Shown here in pieces: positions 1 to 12,331 of a stretch of 64,000 bases of DNA. The stretch comes from Eledone cirrhosa (lineage: Eukaryota): NCBI GenBank assembly GCA_964016885.1, contig OZ024742.1:176390001-176454000 (forward strand), written 5' to 3'. A model generated the notes under the pieces. The model saw only the letters and a program-made list of their open reading frames with translations, was not told the origin of the DNA and did no database searches. How positions within the stretch are numbered: position 1 is the first letter of the stretch; every line of letters begins with the position of its first letter. The translations under genes were made by a program, and so were the position numbers.

Positions 1-683
1 TCTAAATCCAAAGTGAATATATTTGAACTAATATATAGTCTTTGAATACATTGAATAGCATAAGATATGACATTGATTCTCTCAATATAGAATGTCTTAA
101 TGCGTTTAATCAAGATATCTTGGTTTGGTCAAAGAATCTTAAAATTACCTTACAATGAATGCCGGCTATTATCCACCTTCTAAGAAATGAAGCATTGTCA
201 TTAACCACATTTCCGATTTAAGAAAATGGCATGAAAGGTTCAGCAGAAGGTTGCCAAAATTTCTATTTTATTTGCATAAAGCTTATTAGAAATTGCATGG
301 AATAAGTGTGTTTAATGATAGGTTTCCTTTAATGTAACACTGGCCGATAGAATATTCTTTCACTCATACATTCAGAACATTACCAAATAATTCAAACTTT
401 CTAATCCTCTCTTAGATGCTGAAAGTATTTAAAAAGAAATCATACTGAAGTTATATCTATATATATTTGTATGCAAATACATATATATATATATAAGCAC
501 ACACACACACATACATATATATATATACACACACCCACACAGTTTCTCCGACTAAGAACAAACTTAATGTGCAATTAATGACACATATGCCTCTTACTTG
601 TCACAATGGATATGTGGATGTAGAATTATAATATTAATAGTATTTGTTATAATGATGATGATGATGATTCTATCTCTCTCTCT

Positions 684-749
<66 letters not shown>

Positions 750-2064
750 GGAAAAGATTGTTTTGGTAAAAAACAGGAGAAAGCTCTCAACAATCGTTGC
801 TTTTAGTTATGATGGAGAATTTTATAAAAATAACAAAATAAGATGCTGAGGTTACATATATCGTTTAATCATTATAATTATTTTCCCGGTTCTCCATGCA
901 ATTGAGATGTCTTTCATGCATTTGCTGTTGATTATGACAAATGAAAAACCGATGTGTTTGATATGTCGCTGGCAGGAAAAAACACACATCCTGTTGTTGT
1001 GTGCCCAGCAGACATACGAGTTCCTTGAAATGCCAGCCGTCGTGTTTGCTAGAAAAAGCTATCAATGAAAAAAAACGAAAAACTGTGTGTAGCCAAAACC
1101 AAGTAGACAGTGGAAGCAATAAATGGAGCTCCGAGGAAGTGTGGGATATATATTTTGTTGACAACTACCTATAGACAACAACAACAACAACAACAATAAC
1201 AGGTAAACGCCGCCCAATATCGTCCACACTGGCCGTAGCAGTCGTAGTGATATTACTGCCCTACTGACAACAATAACGAAATCAACAGCTACAGTAAACA
1301 GTTACAACAACAACAACAACAGCAACAATAACAACATCAGCTAAAGCACTCACCAGCGTCGTGTACACAGGTCGTAGCAGTTGTAGTGACGGTATCACCC
1401 TGTCGACAATAACAACGATACAGCCAAAGCAATAACAGGAGTTCTGAGGTAGGTAGGTCGGTACACAGAATAGGTGGCATCAATCACCAAGACCATATAT
1501 AGCAACAACAACAATGGCAACGGCAACAAACATTAACACCGCCCATCACCTACCCTGTTCGTCGTAGTAGTGGTGGCATCATTTATATTAGTAGCAAGCC
1601 CATTGGTAACACCAGTGATGATCCCACCACGGTGATGACGGCAACAGGAAAAGGCCACGCTTGCATGAAAAATAAACTAGCCACAATAGTAGTCCATTGA
1701 AACAAGGAAGCGAAAAATGGGATAGAAATATAGATGGGTATCTATATCTATATATCTAAAACAGAGAATGTCTGTCTGTCTGTCTGACCCCTAAAACTCG
1801 AGCACCACCCAACCGATTGTTTTCAAACTTTACACATGTAATACTTATGATCCTGTGAGTGTTTTGAGCAAAACAAATTTCAAATTGTTAATGCCCTAGG
1901 GACCTCATTAGGCAATTTAGCGATCTCTCTATAATTCTTAGTCTTTCTTTTTAGATAGATACATAGATATAACGTTGCGCCCTTATAATATCTGTCTGTA
2001 TGTCTGGCTGTTGCATTACGACATTATGACGCTGTGTATGTGTGTATATATGTATATATAGTGC

Positions 2065-2106
<42 letters not shown>

Positions 2107-2218
2107 TGTAACGTTTTTCGAAATATTTACTTCCGCGTTCACAGATTGATTTTTTTAGTCTCAGAAGATCCCGTTAAGGGTGAGAGCAGCGATTCTTTGC
2201 TTAAACTTTAATCTGTTA

Positions 2219-2277
<59 letters not shown>

Positions 2278-2287
2278 CTTTTTTTTT

Positions 2288-3060
2288 AATTTGCCACCGA
2301 CCAAGTAGGCATTGATTTTTTCAATGTCTTAGAATTTGTCCAAGCTTGCTCTTTTCCATCCACTGAATTATTTTTGTATAAGTTCCCTTTGTCCACGCAT
2401 CGCCTGGTAACTTAGCTGATGACGAAACGGCTTCTCCATGCTTTCCATTTGGAAACCATGTTTATTCCCTTTCAGAAACTAATTAGTTGGAGTGAAATTT
2501 TAGTAAGTTAATTTTTATAATTTTCTTATTTTACGTCTTTCATATAATTGTTCTGCATTCCCTTTCATTGAACCACAAAGTTACTAAGACTATATATTTG
2601 CTAGCATATGTATGCATCTGTATATATATGTTGGTAGATATACTAATTCTTTATAACAACTCCAAATTATTTTGTTGAGCAAAAATTTGCCAAAACTGCT
2701 ACTATAGTTCATAGTAATGGCTCAGCTACTGTCTTTTTAACACCCCACTCCTCACTGATTAACCTCGATGTCACGTGATTGATTCTTTTGAATTTGCCAC
2801 CGACCAAGTAGGCAGTGATTTTTTCAATGTCTTGGAATTTAGTCCACGCTTGCTTTTTTCCATCCACTGAATTATTTTTGTATAAGTTCCCGGTGTCCAC
2901 GCATCGCCTGGTAACTTAGCTGAGAACAGATTTCCTGATGACGAAATGGCTTCTCCATGCTTTCCATTTGGAAACCATGTTTATTCTCTTTCAGAAACTA
3001 ATTAGTTGGAGTGAAATTTTAGTAAGTAAGTTAATTTTTATAATTTTCTTATTTTACGTC

Positions 3061-3068
<8 letters not shown>
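2288..3068 (+). mobile_element. Partial-tandem (direct repeat, period about 503 bp) PLE/retrozyme-like insertion between (TA)n tracts
   Basis: 2288-2545 is repeated at 2791-3068. The second copy has CTGATGA (2935)-cgaaatgg...ccatttg-GAAA (2971)-ccatg, a degenerate hammerhead. Confidence 0.55.
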
Positions 3069-3141
<73 letters not shown>

Positions 3142-3199
3142 TACATATATATATATATTAAAATACATATATTAATAAAATAGATGTTCTTTTGATCAA

Positions 3200-3260
3200 T
3201 TAAATTTTATTATACATATTTCAGAGGTACCACAGTACTTCCTCATCAGACAAAATATAA
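3200..3260 (-). ncRNA. Minimal type I hammerhead ribozyme
   Basis: Minus strand: ttatattttgt-CTGATGA-ggaagtac tgtg gtacctct-GAAA-tatgta-TA-ataaaatttaa. Stem I about 10 bp, stem II present, quasi-palindromic stem III. Confidence 0.75.
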
Positions 3261-3389
3261 TGATACGTGACATACCCTGAGATGTTAAATGGTTAAGATT
3301 TAATCAAGGTAGTCAATCCAATCTAGTGTAAAACTCATTATTTGATGTACTAATTGAATCTTGTTTAATTCTTTTATATATATATATTC

Positions 3390-3828
3390 TAAGGCGGGTA
3401 AAATTCCCGAGATCCATGGACGAGTTCTCTCCAGCGGTCTCTGTCACCCATTATCGCTGCCATGCCCTGCGTCCCCAACAGACCAGTGTCTGTCTCTAGG
3501 GCACCAACACACGTTAACCCTGGTCTTCCTCTTCCAATGTGTCCATGTAGGCTCCCAAATGAGCACTGAGTGCAATGTCAACTCCGGATGTCGGCGAGCA
3601 TGTCCAGCCAATTCCAATCTCCTCTGTGTCACTTTTCAGCTGACTTTTGGGATGCTCCCATACAGCTCTGAGTTTTTCATCCTCAGTGTATACTGATTAA
3701 TGTTCAGAGCCATCCCCAACATTCTCGTGCAGCACCCATCCACCACGCGAGCGAGTCTCCTGGTCAGTGTCCAAGTCCCAGACCCATACAGCAGCACAGA
3801 CTCCACTACAGCAAACGAGAGGCGGACC
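3390..3828 (-). mobile_element. RTE-like LINE 3' fragment (same family as 42352-43240)
   Basis: ORF pieces AVVESVLLYGSGTWTL...LAGHARRHPEL closely match 42675-43115; flanked by (TA)n. Confidence 0.85.
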
Positions 3829-4465
3829 TTATATATATATATATACATATATTCGTGTACAGATATCTTTGCATACACAATAACAAAATATAAACAAACG
3901 TATTTATTTCACGAGGTTCGATAAGGATAAATACATATCAAATATATAAGAACCCTAAAGCAAATTCCGAGCAACGCCGGGCCATTCTGCTAGTATATAA
4001 ATAAATACATGCGCAGTTAATACAGTCCTCTCTATCATTCTAAGGAACAAGGCTAGCAATAATTACAGTTCAGAGAACACGGTTAACCACAATAGCATTC
4101 AGTTTTAACTACAGTGGCAACAATACTATTAAAAGTGCTGTTAGACTATCGAAGAGAGTTATGGGAAGCGAAAGTAGGGACAGGAACAAGCAGATAAGAA
4201 TGGAGAACACATATAGAGAACACAATATTAAAAGAACGGGACAAAAATACATAAAAAACAACAGTAGGTATACAAACAGAGAATAAGGAACAAGGGACAT
4301 GAAACATGTACACACAGAGACTCCAGGTGTGCAAACAAGATATCCATGGTTCACCTGACGCTGGGGTTGTTGTGTGACCACGCCTGGCTTCCACGGTCAA
4401 TTTGCAATAGTCCTCAACTCGCACAACTATGTTGTTAGTCCATACAGTTTGAGGAAGGTTCCACA

Positions 4466-4859
4466 TGATTTGTGGAGGCAGGTGCTGAAGAGGTTACGCC
4501 TTTTATTGATAACTCGAGCTCCCCTCTCTATTATTTCCATAATCTCGGTGACACACAAATCGCATGTGTCATGTCCTCTGTATGGTTGGGCTGAGGCTAC
4601 CTACCTTGGACCACGACATTGTGTATTCTAAGTTATCATGTTTGAGACGCCACACCAGTTCTGAGAGGGCGGTGCTGTATTTCTTATCAACTCTCCTAAA
4701 TGTGTGGCAGTGATTGTATCAGCGTTCCTTAAATTTATTAGCTGTGGCTCCGATATAGGTGAAGGTTTGGCTGTTGGTATTCATCCTACATTCATATATT
4801 AAGCCACTGCCGAGGCACCTACCCTCCAGAGAAAAGTTACTGGGGTTTCTACAATTACA
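4466..4859 (-). pseudogene. GIY-YIG endonuclease C-terminal domain of a Penelope-like element (disrupted)
   Basis: Manual translation: CNCRNPSNFSLEGRCLGSGLIYEC...TYIGATANKFKER*YNH...STALSELVWRLK...SWSKV/ASAQPY...CDLCVTE...INKRRNLFSTCLHK. Shows LIY/YIG, R-x2-NH, CxxC and C-x-H motifs, with one stop and one frameshift near 4600. Confidence 0.85.
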
Positions 4860-5234
4860 GCCTGTTGCCGTTATTGCTGTCGTTGTAACTGTTTAATGTA
4901 GCTGTTGATTTCGTTGTTGTTGTCAGTAGGGTAGTAATATCACTACGACTGCTGCGGCCAGTGTGGACGATATTGGTCGGCGGTTTGCTGTTATTGTTGT
5001 TGTCGTCGTTGTTGTGGTTGTTGTTGTCTATAGGTGGTTGTCAACAAAATATATACCCCACCCTCCCTCAGAACTCCATTTATTGCTTCCACTGTTTTTC
5101 GTTTTTTTCGTTCATAGCTTTTTCTAGCAAACACGACGGCTGGCAAACCCTTCAAGGAACTCATATATCTGCTAGGCACACAAGCAACAGGACGTGTGTT
5201 TTTTCCTGCCAGCAACATAGCAAACATATTGGTA

Positions 5235-5323
5235 TTTCATCTGAGGATACCGTTCTCATAATCAACAGCAAATGCATGAAGGAGATCTCGATTGCATGGA
5301 GAACCGTGGAAATAATTATGAAT
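5235..5323 (+). ncRNA. Degenerate type I hammerhead ribozyme with long stem II (in PLE pLTR)
   Basis: tttcat-CTGAGGA-taccgttctc...gagaaccgtg-GAAA-taatta. The inverted copy at about 865-945 keeps the 3' part taatta-TA-atga that this copy has partly lost, so the two-copy consensus is a complete fold. Confidence 0.6.
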
Positions 5324-5364
5324 AAACGATATATGTAACCTTATTTTGTTATTTTATATATATA

Positions 5365-5589
5365 TAGTAATAATAATAAATTTGAACACTAAAATCCAAA
5401 GAGGGCTCGATAAGGACGAATATATATCAAATACATAAGAACCGTAGAGCAAATATTTATTAAAATAACAGATTAACATTTACGCAAAGAATCGATGCTT
5501 TCACAATTAAGGGGATCTTCTGAAACTAAAAAAACTTTTCAGAAGATCCCGTTAAAGGTGAAAGCAGCGATTCTTTGCTTAAACTTTAA

Positions 5590-5592
<3 letters not shown>
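5365..5592 (-). mobile_element. Short fold-back copy of PLE-like family A (tail plus hairpin)
   Basis: Arms about 5470-5525 and 5537-5592 are inverted. The tail tagtaataataataaatttg...gagggctcgataagg is shared with 32105-32200, 12620-12695 and 13020-13110. Confidence 0.7.
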
Positions 5593-5663
<71 letters not shown>

Positions 5664-5874
5664 TTTTATTAAGGTTAAATAGTGAGCCTTGATACTTTGG
5701 AGATTCACCTGGTTATTTCATAGTCATGATGATTTCATTTAGAATGAAATAGTTCTAGTCTTCTAGAAGCCGTTTCTATATTAAATAATGATGCTTACAC
5801 TCTAGTAATGTATTGAGTAACGTTTTTTTAACTGTGGCTACCCCCCCCCCCTCCTTACTCCCGATAATACTCCG

Positions 5875-6560
5875 GATCTACATACATATATATCCGTACA
5901 TATATAAAATTAAGTATGTGTGTGTCTGTGTATTACGTATAGGGGCCTACATCTTGCGACCGATTTTCATGAAACTTTACAGGCTCATAGATTAGTCATC
6001 GGAGAGTATTTTATATAGATCAGCGTATCCTTTTTTTTTTAAATCGATAGGGGGGGGGGTCTCCTTTTTTTAGGTATCGAAAAATAAGATTTTTGGCTCT
6101 AGCTCCCACATTTTGCCACCGAATTCGTTCAAATTTTAAAGCAAAATAGAATTTATCTTTGCACATCTTTTAATGGCTTTATATTTTACATTTGTTGTTC
6201 AGAGACGGCGTGGCAGCGCTTAAATATTCAAAGCTTTTAGACACAAATTTCCACTTTTTCGGCTCTAACTCCCACATTAATCAACCTACTTTGTTCAAAT
6301 TTGACACTACGCTAGATCTGATTATTTTATGTCTGAAAGTGGCTTTACAATTTGGATTTTTTGTTTAGGAACGGGTTGGCAGCCGCTTAAATATTCGAAA
6401 ATACCACCTTTTCGCTCAAATTCCCGCCTTTTCGGCTCTAGCTCCCACATTTTTCAACCGATTTCGTTCAAATCCGAAACTTCGGCTCCCCCTCACACAT
6501 AAATCAATTTATTTGGTTCAACTTTTATACTACGATAGAACCTATCATTGCACATCTTAT
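5875..6560 (+). mobile_element. Helitron/Helentron-like non-autonomous element with internal ~168-bp subrepeats
   Basis: 5' (gt)n..accgattttcatgaaacttt motif; ttttcggctctagctcccacatt..ttcgttcaaat recurs near 6091, 6257, 6429 and 6481. 3' terminus not identified. Confidence 0.4.
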
Positions 6561-6789
6561 AGATGGTCAAAGGCAAAACGATGGCCACTGACGTCGTCTG
6601 AGCTTTTAGTTGTGTATTTGAGAATTCATCGGTTTCCAATCAAGTAGCGTGAGGAAATTTGGTTTAGTGTTAGAGGTCATTACCTCCCTCCCCCAGCATA
6701 CCCCTTCGTCAGTCACCCGCGTTTCTCAGTGATAGACGTCATCACCACCCTCTCCCGCATGGCCTGTATGTGGCCATAGATGAGTCATC

Positions 6790-6977
6790 GTGAAGCAGTC
6801 GCAACAATTAAAGAGCTCAAATGTGGCAAGGCAGCTGGAGAGGATGAAATTCGTCCCAAGATGTTAAAAATCTTAAAAGGAGATGGTATTCTCTTGCTGA
6901 TTTATGTGCGCTGAGTGGTATGGATCTCTGGAAAGGCACCCGACCAATGGCAATTGCGAGTGATAATCCCAATTTTC
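6790..6977 (+). pseudogene. RTE-like LINE RT N-terminal fragment
   Basis: EAVATIKELKCGKAAGEDEIRPKMLK...GKAPDQWQLRVIIPIF with an internal stop. Confidence 0.75.
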
Positions 6978-8914
6978 TGGAAGTATTTAAACTACATTCA
7001 CAATGGTGAAACCTGCATATAATTCTTTAGACATGGCACAGAAGGAAATGAAGATGGACCTGCATCAATTTTGAGGATGAATGTTCCAATTTGATAAACA
7101 TAACAGCCTGTTGAGGAAATTAACATGTAAGTAGCTGAGCGTTTCATAGACATGCATAAAAGTAAGATTATTCAGTGGAAGATTTAATGTGAGAAAATGT
7201 ATGACAAGGCTAATACTTTGAAGTACAGGTACAGTCCTTGTGATGGCCTCCCAAACAATTTCTATTTACCTAATTTCACTCGCACGGATTGGATCAACCA
7301 TAGGTTATGGGAAATGCCACTTGCTTAAGATGCCCCACAGTTGAGTTTATGATAAATAAGATAGAGATAACTGGGTGGAGTTTTATATCCAGGGCCTTTG
7401 AGAGAAATTTCACTAGATGAAATAAGACTCAGGCTTGAAGTCAAGGATGGGAGCTCTTGTCAAAGGGGCTGATATTGTGTGCAGAGACAAGGGGAGTTAT
7501 TTACTGGCTTTTCCCCATAGAAGGCTCATGGCCTTATGGTTAGTGTTGAGTGTCATGGGTCATGGGTTCAGTTCATGGAACAGGCAGCTCACTTTAACCT
7601 TGAACAAGATGCTTCATTTCACGTTGCTCCAATCAAATCAGCTAAAATGAAGGGAAACAGCTGCAGACTGGCATCCTGTCCTGTTATCTCAGTTGCTTCA
7701 TGTCAATGAAACAAGGATCAGTTATGACCTAATGATTCTCTAAGCTAAAACAGATTTTATATACTTCTTGCTGTAGAAAGCAGCTGTAGAAGACTAGTTT
7801 ATTCAACAATTTCCTGATGATAATAATTGTTTCTACTTTAGGCACAAGGCCAGCAATTAACCAGTACATTACTGGTACTTTATTTTATCGACCCTGTAAG
7901 GATAATAATGATGCTAATAATGTAGATTCTGGATGCTCAATAGTAGTAGTGCCAAGACAAAAGCAAAACATCTATACTAAGTAGGTAGAGGAATGAAGCA
8001 GTCAGTATGCAAATAGAGATGCTATCTAATTAACAAGATTAAAAGAGAGCAATGACTCTTGTATCTGTGGTTGAAGATAACAGATCAACAGAGGTCTAGT
8101 GGCCGTAATGTGTTAGGTGGATCATGTGTCATTAATGTCTATGTGAATGGCCTTTTCTTAGATGTATATGAGTGTTATGCATATGCTGCAGTTGTTGTTG
8201 TTGTTGCTATTATTATTCTCAATGTTTTATTTGGTGCATTGGCAGAATCATTAGAGCATCAGAAAATTGCTTTCTGGTATTTGTTATGGCTTTTTGTATT
8301 CTGAGTTCAAATCTTGCTATCGTCAACTTTTCCTTACATCTTTTTGGGATCGATAAATTAACGGCTGAGTAAAGTAGTGGGGTTGATTTAATGAAATTTC
8401 CCCTCCACTCTAAAATTGCTGCTTGCCTTGTAACAAAAGTATAAATCATTATTATTAACATTGTTTTTTAGCAGATCTTGAGTTGACCCATGCCATAATC
8501 AAATACTCATTTGTTATTCAAGGTATGAATTTCCTATCTTTAAATTGTGCATATGTACATGGGTGGGGAGTTGCTATTATCCTACAATTCAGGATATTAA
8601 AAAGCTTGAAATATTTACAGGTGGTCAGATATCTTTGTGGGAGTTTTAAGTGTTATATTCAACAAGTTAAGTAACTATGAAAAGCTCATTTTCTATGTTG
8701 AAAATATATCAACATGAGTGGGACATGGCCCTTTGACACAACTATGATGGTGGTCACACTGAATATGAACCCACTCAGTCTTTTGTGAATCATCTAAATC
8801 CTGCCAGGATGGAAAGTGCACCTAAATGGATTTTGATGATGATACTTGTGTCTGGTGTATGCATGTGGGGAATGAATCAAATTAGACATGCTAACTGCAC
8901 GTTTATTAATTAGG

Positions 8915-9350
8915 GTGCACCTAGTACAATCTACAAAGTGTTAGTGCTGGTGCCACATTAAAATGTGCCCTGTACATTCTGTAAATTGCTAGTGTTGATA
9001 TCACAATGCACCTGGTACACTTTCTAAAATGTTAGTGCTGTTGCTACAATAAAATACTCTTAACATACTTTGTAAAGTCTTAATGCTGGTACTGCAGTAA
9101 GATGTATCTAGTACTATTTCTTAAGTGTTAGCACTGATGCCACAATAAAATGCAGTCAGTATATTTTAGGAAATGGTAGTGCAACCCCTAAAATAATGCA
9201 CTCCATACACATTGCAAAGTGGTGTCACAATAAAATACAGCCTGTATACTTTGTGAAAAAATAGTGTAGGTGCAACAAAGAATGCTGCCGGTACACTTTG
9301 TAAAGTTTTAGTGCTGATGCAACAACAAAATGCACGCAATGCACTCTGTA
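8915..9350 (+). repeat. Degenerate ~45-bp minisatellite derived from an internal SINE segment
   Basis: About 10 copies of gttagtgctggtgccacaataaaatgcacc..gtacactttgtaaagt, running into the SINE 3' part ggcattaggaagggcatcc...gatgatgatg (9355-9510). Confidence 0.65.
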
Positions 9351-11127
9351 AAGGAGTTGGCATTAGGAAGGGCATCCATCCATAAAATCCAAAGCAAGTA
9401 TGGAATATATGAGTAAGACATGGTTTTCTGTCAGTCAAATCTCAGACTGTAGGGAACTGTTCAGCCCTTTCTAGCATGAAGAAGGGACATAAAATGAAGA
9501 TGATGATGGTGGTGATGTATTTTGGAAGGAAAAAATATGTATACATATATAGATCTATTAACAGATTAACTAGATGAACAAAGTTACTGCAATCATCTGT
9601 CAGACAGAAAAGCTCAGTAAGTATGTATATATATATATATACATATATATATGTGTGTGTGAATAGATATATATATATATATACATATGTATATATAATA
9701 TATATGTGTGCAATTATATATATATATATATACATACATACACCTATATATATGTGTGTGTGCGTGTGTGTATGTGTGCATGTGTGCATGTATATATGTA
9801 TATTTTACATGAGACTTAATACTCTAATGTCCAATTATAAAACAAACTTGTGATCTCCAGTTTTGCAAACATATATCCTCTACATAATGAAATGTTTCAC
9901 TATCGAAAGATACACCACTTACCTACTATACACTGGTTATGCTTGAATAGTTTGTTGTCACTTCTAAAGCACCATTGAAAACGCTTTCCTCTATTGAGAA
10001 TCTAATTTGTTCCTATTCTGATAATACCATTATTTTGATTAATTCTCTTTAAATGTGGCACCTGGCATATTTTATCATTGTAAGAAGCTCCATTTTGTTG
10101 ACAATGTTGAAACACTTTCTCCGTGATGTTACCATAGTTATATCCCGGAAGGGAATACTTAGAAACGGTCTCAAATACATGAATGAAACAACCCTTAATG
10201 TCAGCTATTGTAATCTCACTCCCCTTCTTTTTCTCTCTCCCCCTCTCTATCTCCTTCTCTCTCCCTCTATCTCTTTCTTTCTCTCTATTTATCTATCTAT
10301 CTTTATCTGCCTCTTGTTTTTCTCTCCCTCTCTCTCCCTATTTATCTTTTCCTATTTTTGTCTACTTCTCTCGTTTTCTCTCTGTCTACCTATATGTCTT
10401 TTTCTGCCCTCCCCCTCTCTTTATCCTTCTGTATCTGTCAGTCCCACCTCTCTATTTCCCTAATAAAGGTTGATATTTGTTAAGTGATTTTGCTTATTGT
10501 TGTTCATTGCAGTTCTAAATAGAACTCTAAGTGAAAAGCTTACATATCCTACATAACAAGGGCTGTTATTTTATTATATTTTATTTGTTAGCTCAAAAGA
10601 ATAAAAGATGATCTTATGAAGGATATTGTTTATTTTGAGGAGAGTGCAATAATTTATACCATTACATTAAAGACATTGATGAAGTAAATAGTGTGTTTTG
10701 TTGATGGAACACAAGTGAATATAAAGCAATGGAATGCTATGGAATTTGATCTGCTTAGAAATATGACTCACATAATAGATATTGTGTAAATATTCTGAAC
10801 TTGTGTATAGATGTTTTTTCAGCTATCAATAAACCACACCTCAGTTACATTTCATTGGCGATGGTACTTAAATAGATCCTATATTTACTAATATAAAGGA
10901 AGAAACAATTTAAAAGCAGACAGCAGTAAAGAGAATTTAGAAACAGAAACAAATAAGCTTGTTAGGTGTAGCCATGATTTGAGTGTTAAAACATTTGCTT
11001 TGCAACTGTGAAGTTCTCGGTTTGATACCAAGTGTTTTTCACTATAGTTAATTGATGCCTCGTGGGTAGAATTAGGTAGATGGAAACTGCAGCAGTTTGT
11101 TGTTTATATATATATATATATATATAT

Positions 11128-11325
11128 AATAAAAGAATGATTTGTTATGACTTCATTACGTTTATTGATTGGTGACGTACCCTCACCAATCAATAAACAT
11201 AATGAAGACATAACAAATCGTCCTTTTGTTATTATATTTACACTCTGTTTAGCTCTACACCTCGTTACAGAGGTGAATCTACAGTAAGGTGAACCTACAG
11301 TAACTGTAGGTTACACTCCCTGGAT
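11128..11325 (+). mobile_element. Fold-back plus tail insertion in (TA)n (PLE-like)
   Basis: About 50-bp arms aataaaagaatgatttgttatg...ttggtga / tcaccaa...cttttgtt around a 7-nt loop, then an unpaired tail. Related fragment at about 33845-33890. Confidence 0.55.
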
Positions 11326-11330
11326 ATATA

Positions 11331-11369
<39 letters not shown>

Positions 11370-12110
11370 AACAAACTGCTGCAGTTTCCATCTACCTAAT
11401 TCTAGGTAGTTGCTGTAACATGTGCTTCTATATCAACACATAGTTCAGTCTTCTTAGATGTTTTGAAGTGAAAGATACAAATTTCCTGGATACGCGCAAA
11501 AGAGCACAGAAATGGTGGCTTTCACTTAATAATTCTTGTGAAACAGATTTAAATCTGTCCGGATATCAAACGGCAGTTGCCCGATATAGGTTTGTTATTT
11601 TTATTGATTTATTACTTTAAATCGAGACAGGCAAACCATATTGTTTTAAATTAGTATTTTTTCAACCTAACTAACTTTATAAATTTGCAATTGGAACACA
11701 TGTATACTTGTATCAGTGTTCATCCCTCTCATATATTCAATTGTATTACACGGCTCGTAAAGATTCCCTTCTTTGAGCTATTGAATTATAAAAGACTATT
11801 TTGAGTTTCTAACTCAATATATGATATATATATATATATACATTTCCTCAACATTCAAACCTCCACTTTCTCCTCTTTCCTCATAAAAGACTAATTTCCA
11901 ATACGTTGAAACATTCATTTTACTTTTGCAACAACCTTGAAACTAATAAGACTTTGGGTGTTGTATCACTGTGTCTGTCTTGTTTATCTTGAAATGTATA
12001 TATGTATGTGTGTTCATGTGCATGTATGCTCGTATGTCCAATTGTGTTTATGATGCGTGGAAAATGAATGTTAAACGATGATGATGATGATATATCATTA
12101 TTGTTTTTAC

Positions 12111-12300
12111 CATGGATTGGCAGTATCGGTAGAGAGTCGGACGCCATGCTTTGAAGCATAGAGTTACGTCGCTTTATGATCTGAGTTCAAATCCCGCCGA
12201 GCTTAACTTTGCCTTTCATTCTTACGGGGTCGATAAAATAAAGTACCAGTAATGTACTGGGTATTTGCTGGCCTTGTGCCAAAAGTAGAAACAATTATTG
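12111..12300 (+). mobile_element. tRNA-derived SINE (family 1)
   Basis: ggattggcagtatcggtagag (A-box like), gagttcaaatccc (B-box), central ctttgcctttcatccttacggggtcgataaaataaagtaccag, tail agaaacaattatt. More than 10 copies in the window. Confidence 0.85.
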
Positions 12301-12331
12301 TTTTTACGTCCGTTTTATATATATATATATA

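Larger units (their letters stand above)
1741..3993 (+). mobile_element. Non-autonomous Helitron-like element carrying nested insertions
   Basis: Begins A|TCtatatc...(gtct)n...aaccgatt..aaacttt and ends with GC-rich hairpin ccgagcaacgccgg followed by CTAG|T at 3990-3994. Inserted between A and T with no TSD. Confidence 0.6.
746..5355 (-). mobile_element. 5'-truncated Penelope-like retroelement with inverted 5' pLTR, interrupted by nested insertions
   Basis: Minus-strand order: inverted copy (4861-5355) of the 3' repeat (about 840-1380), GIY-YIG remnant (4859-4466), UTR, HHR-bearing repeat, then an unpaired tail (746-840) ending at (TA)n. This is the known PLE inverted-pLTR plus tail layout. 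Confidence 0.75.

Noticed and set aside
4715-4725. In-frame TGA in the GIY-YIG remnant as selenocysteine
   Set aside because: It falls at an aromatic (R-W/Y-x-NH) position rather than a Cys position, and the copy is also frameshifted; most likely TGG to TGA decay.
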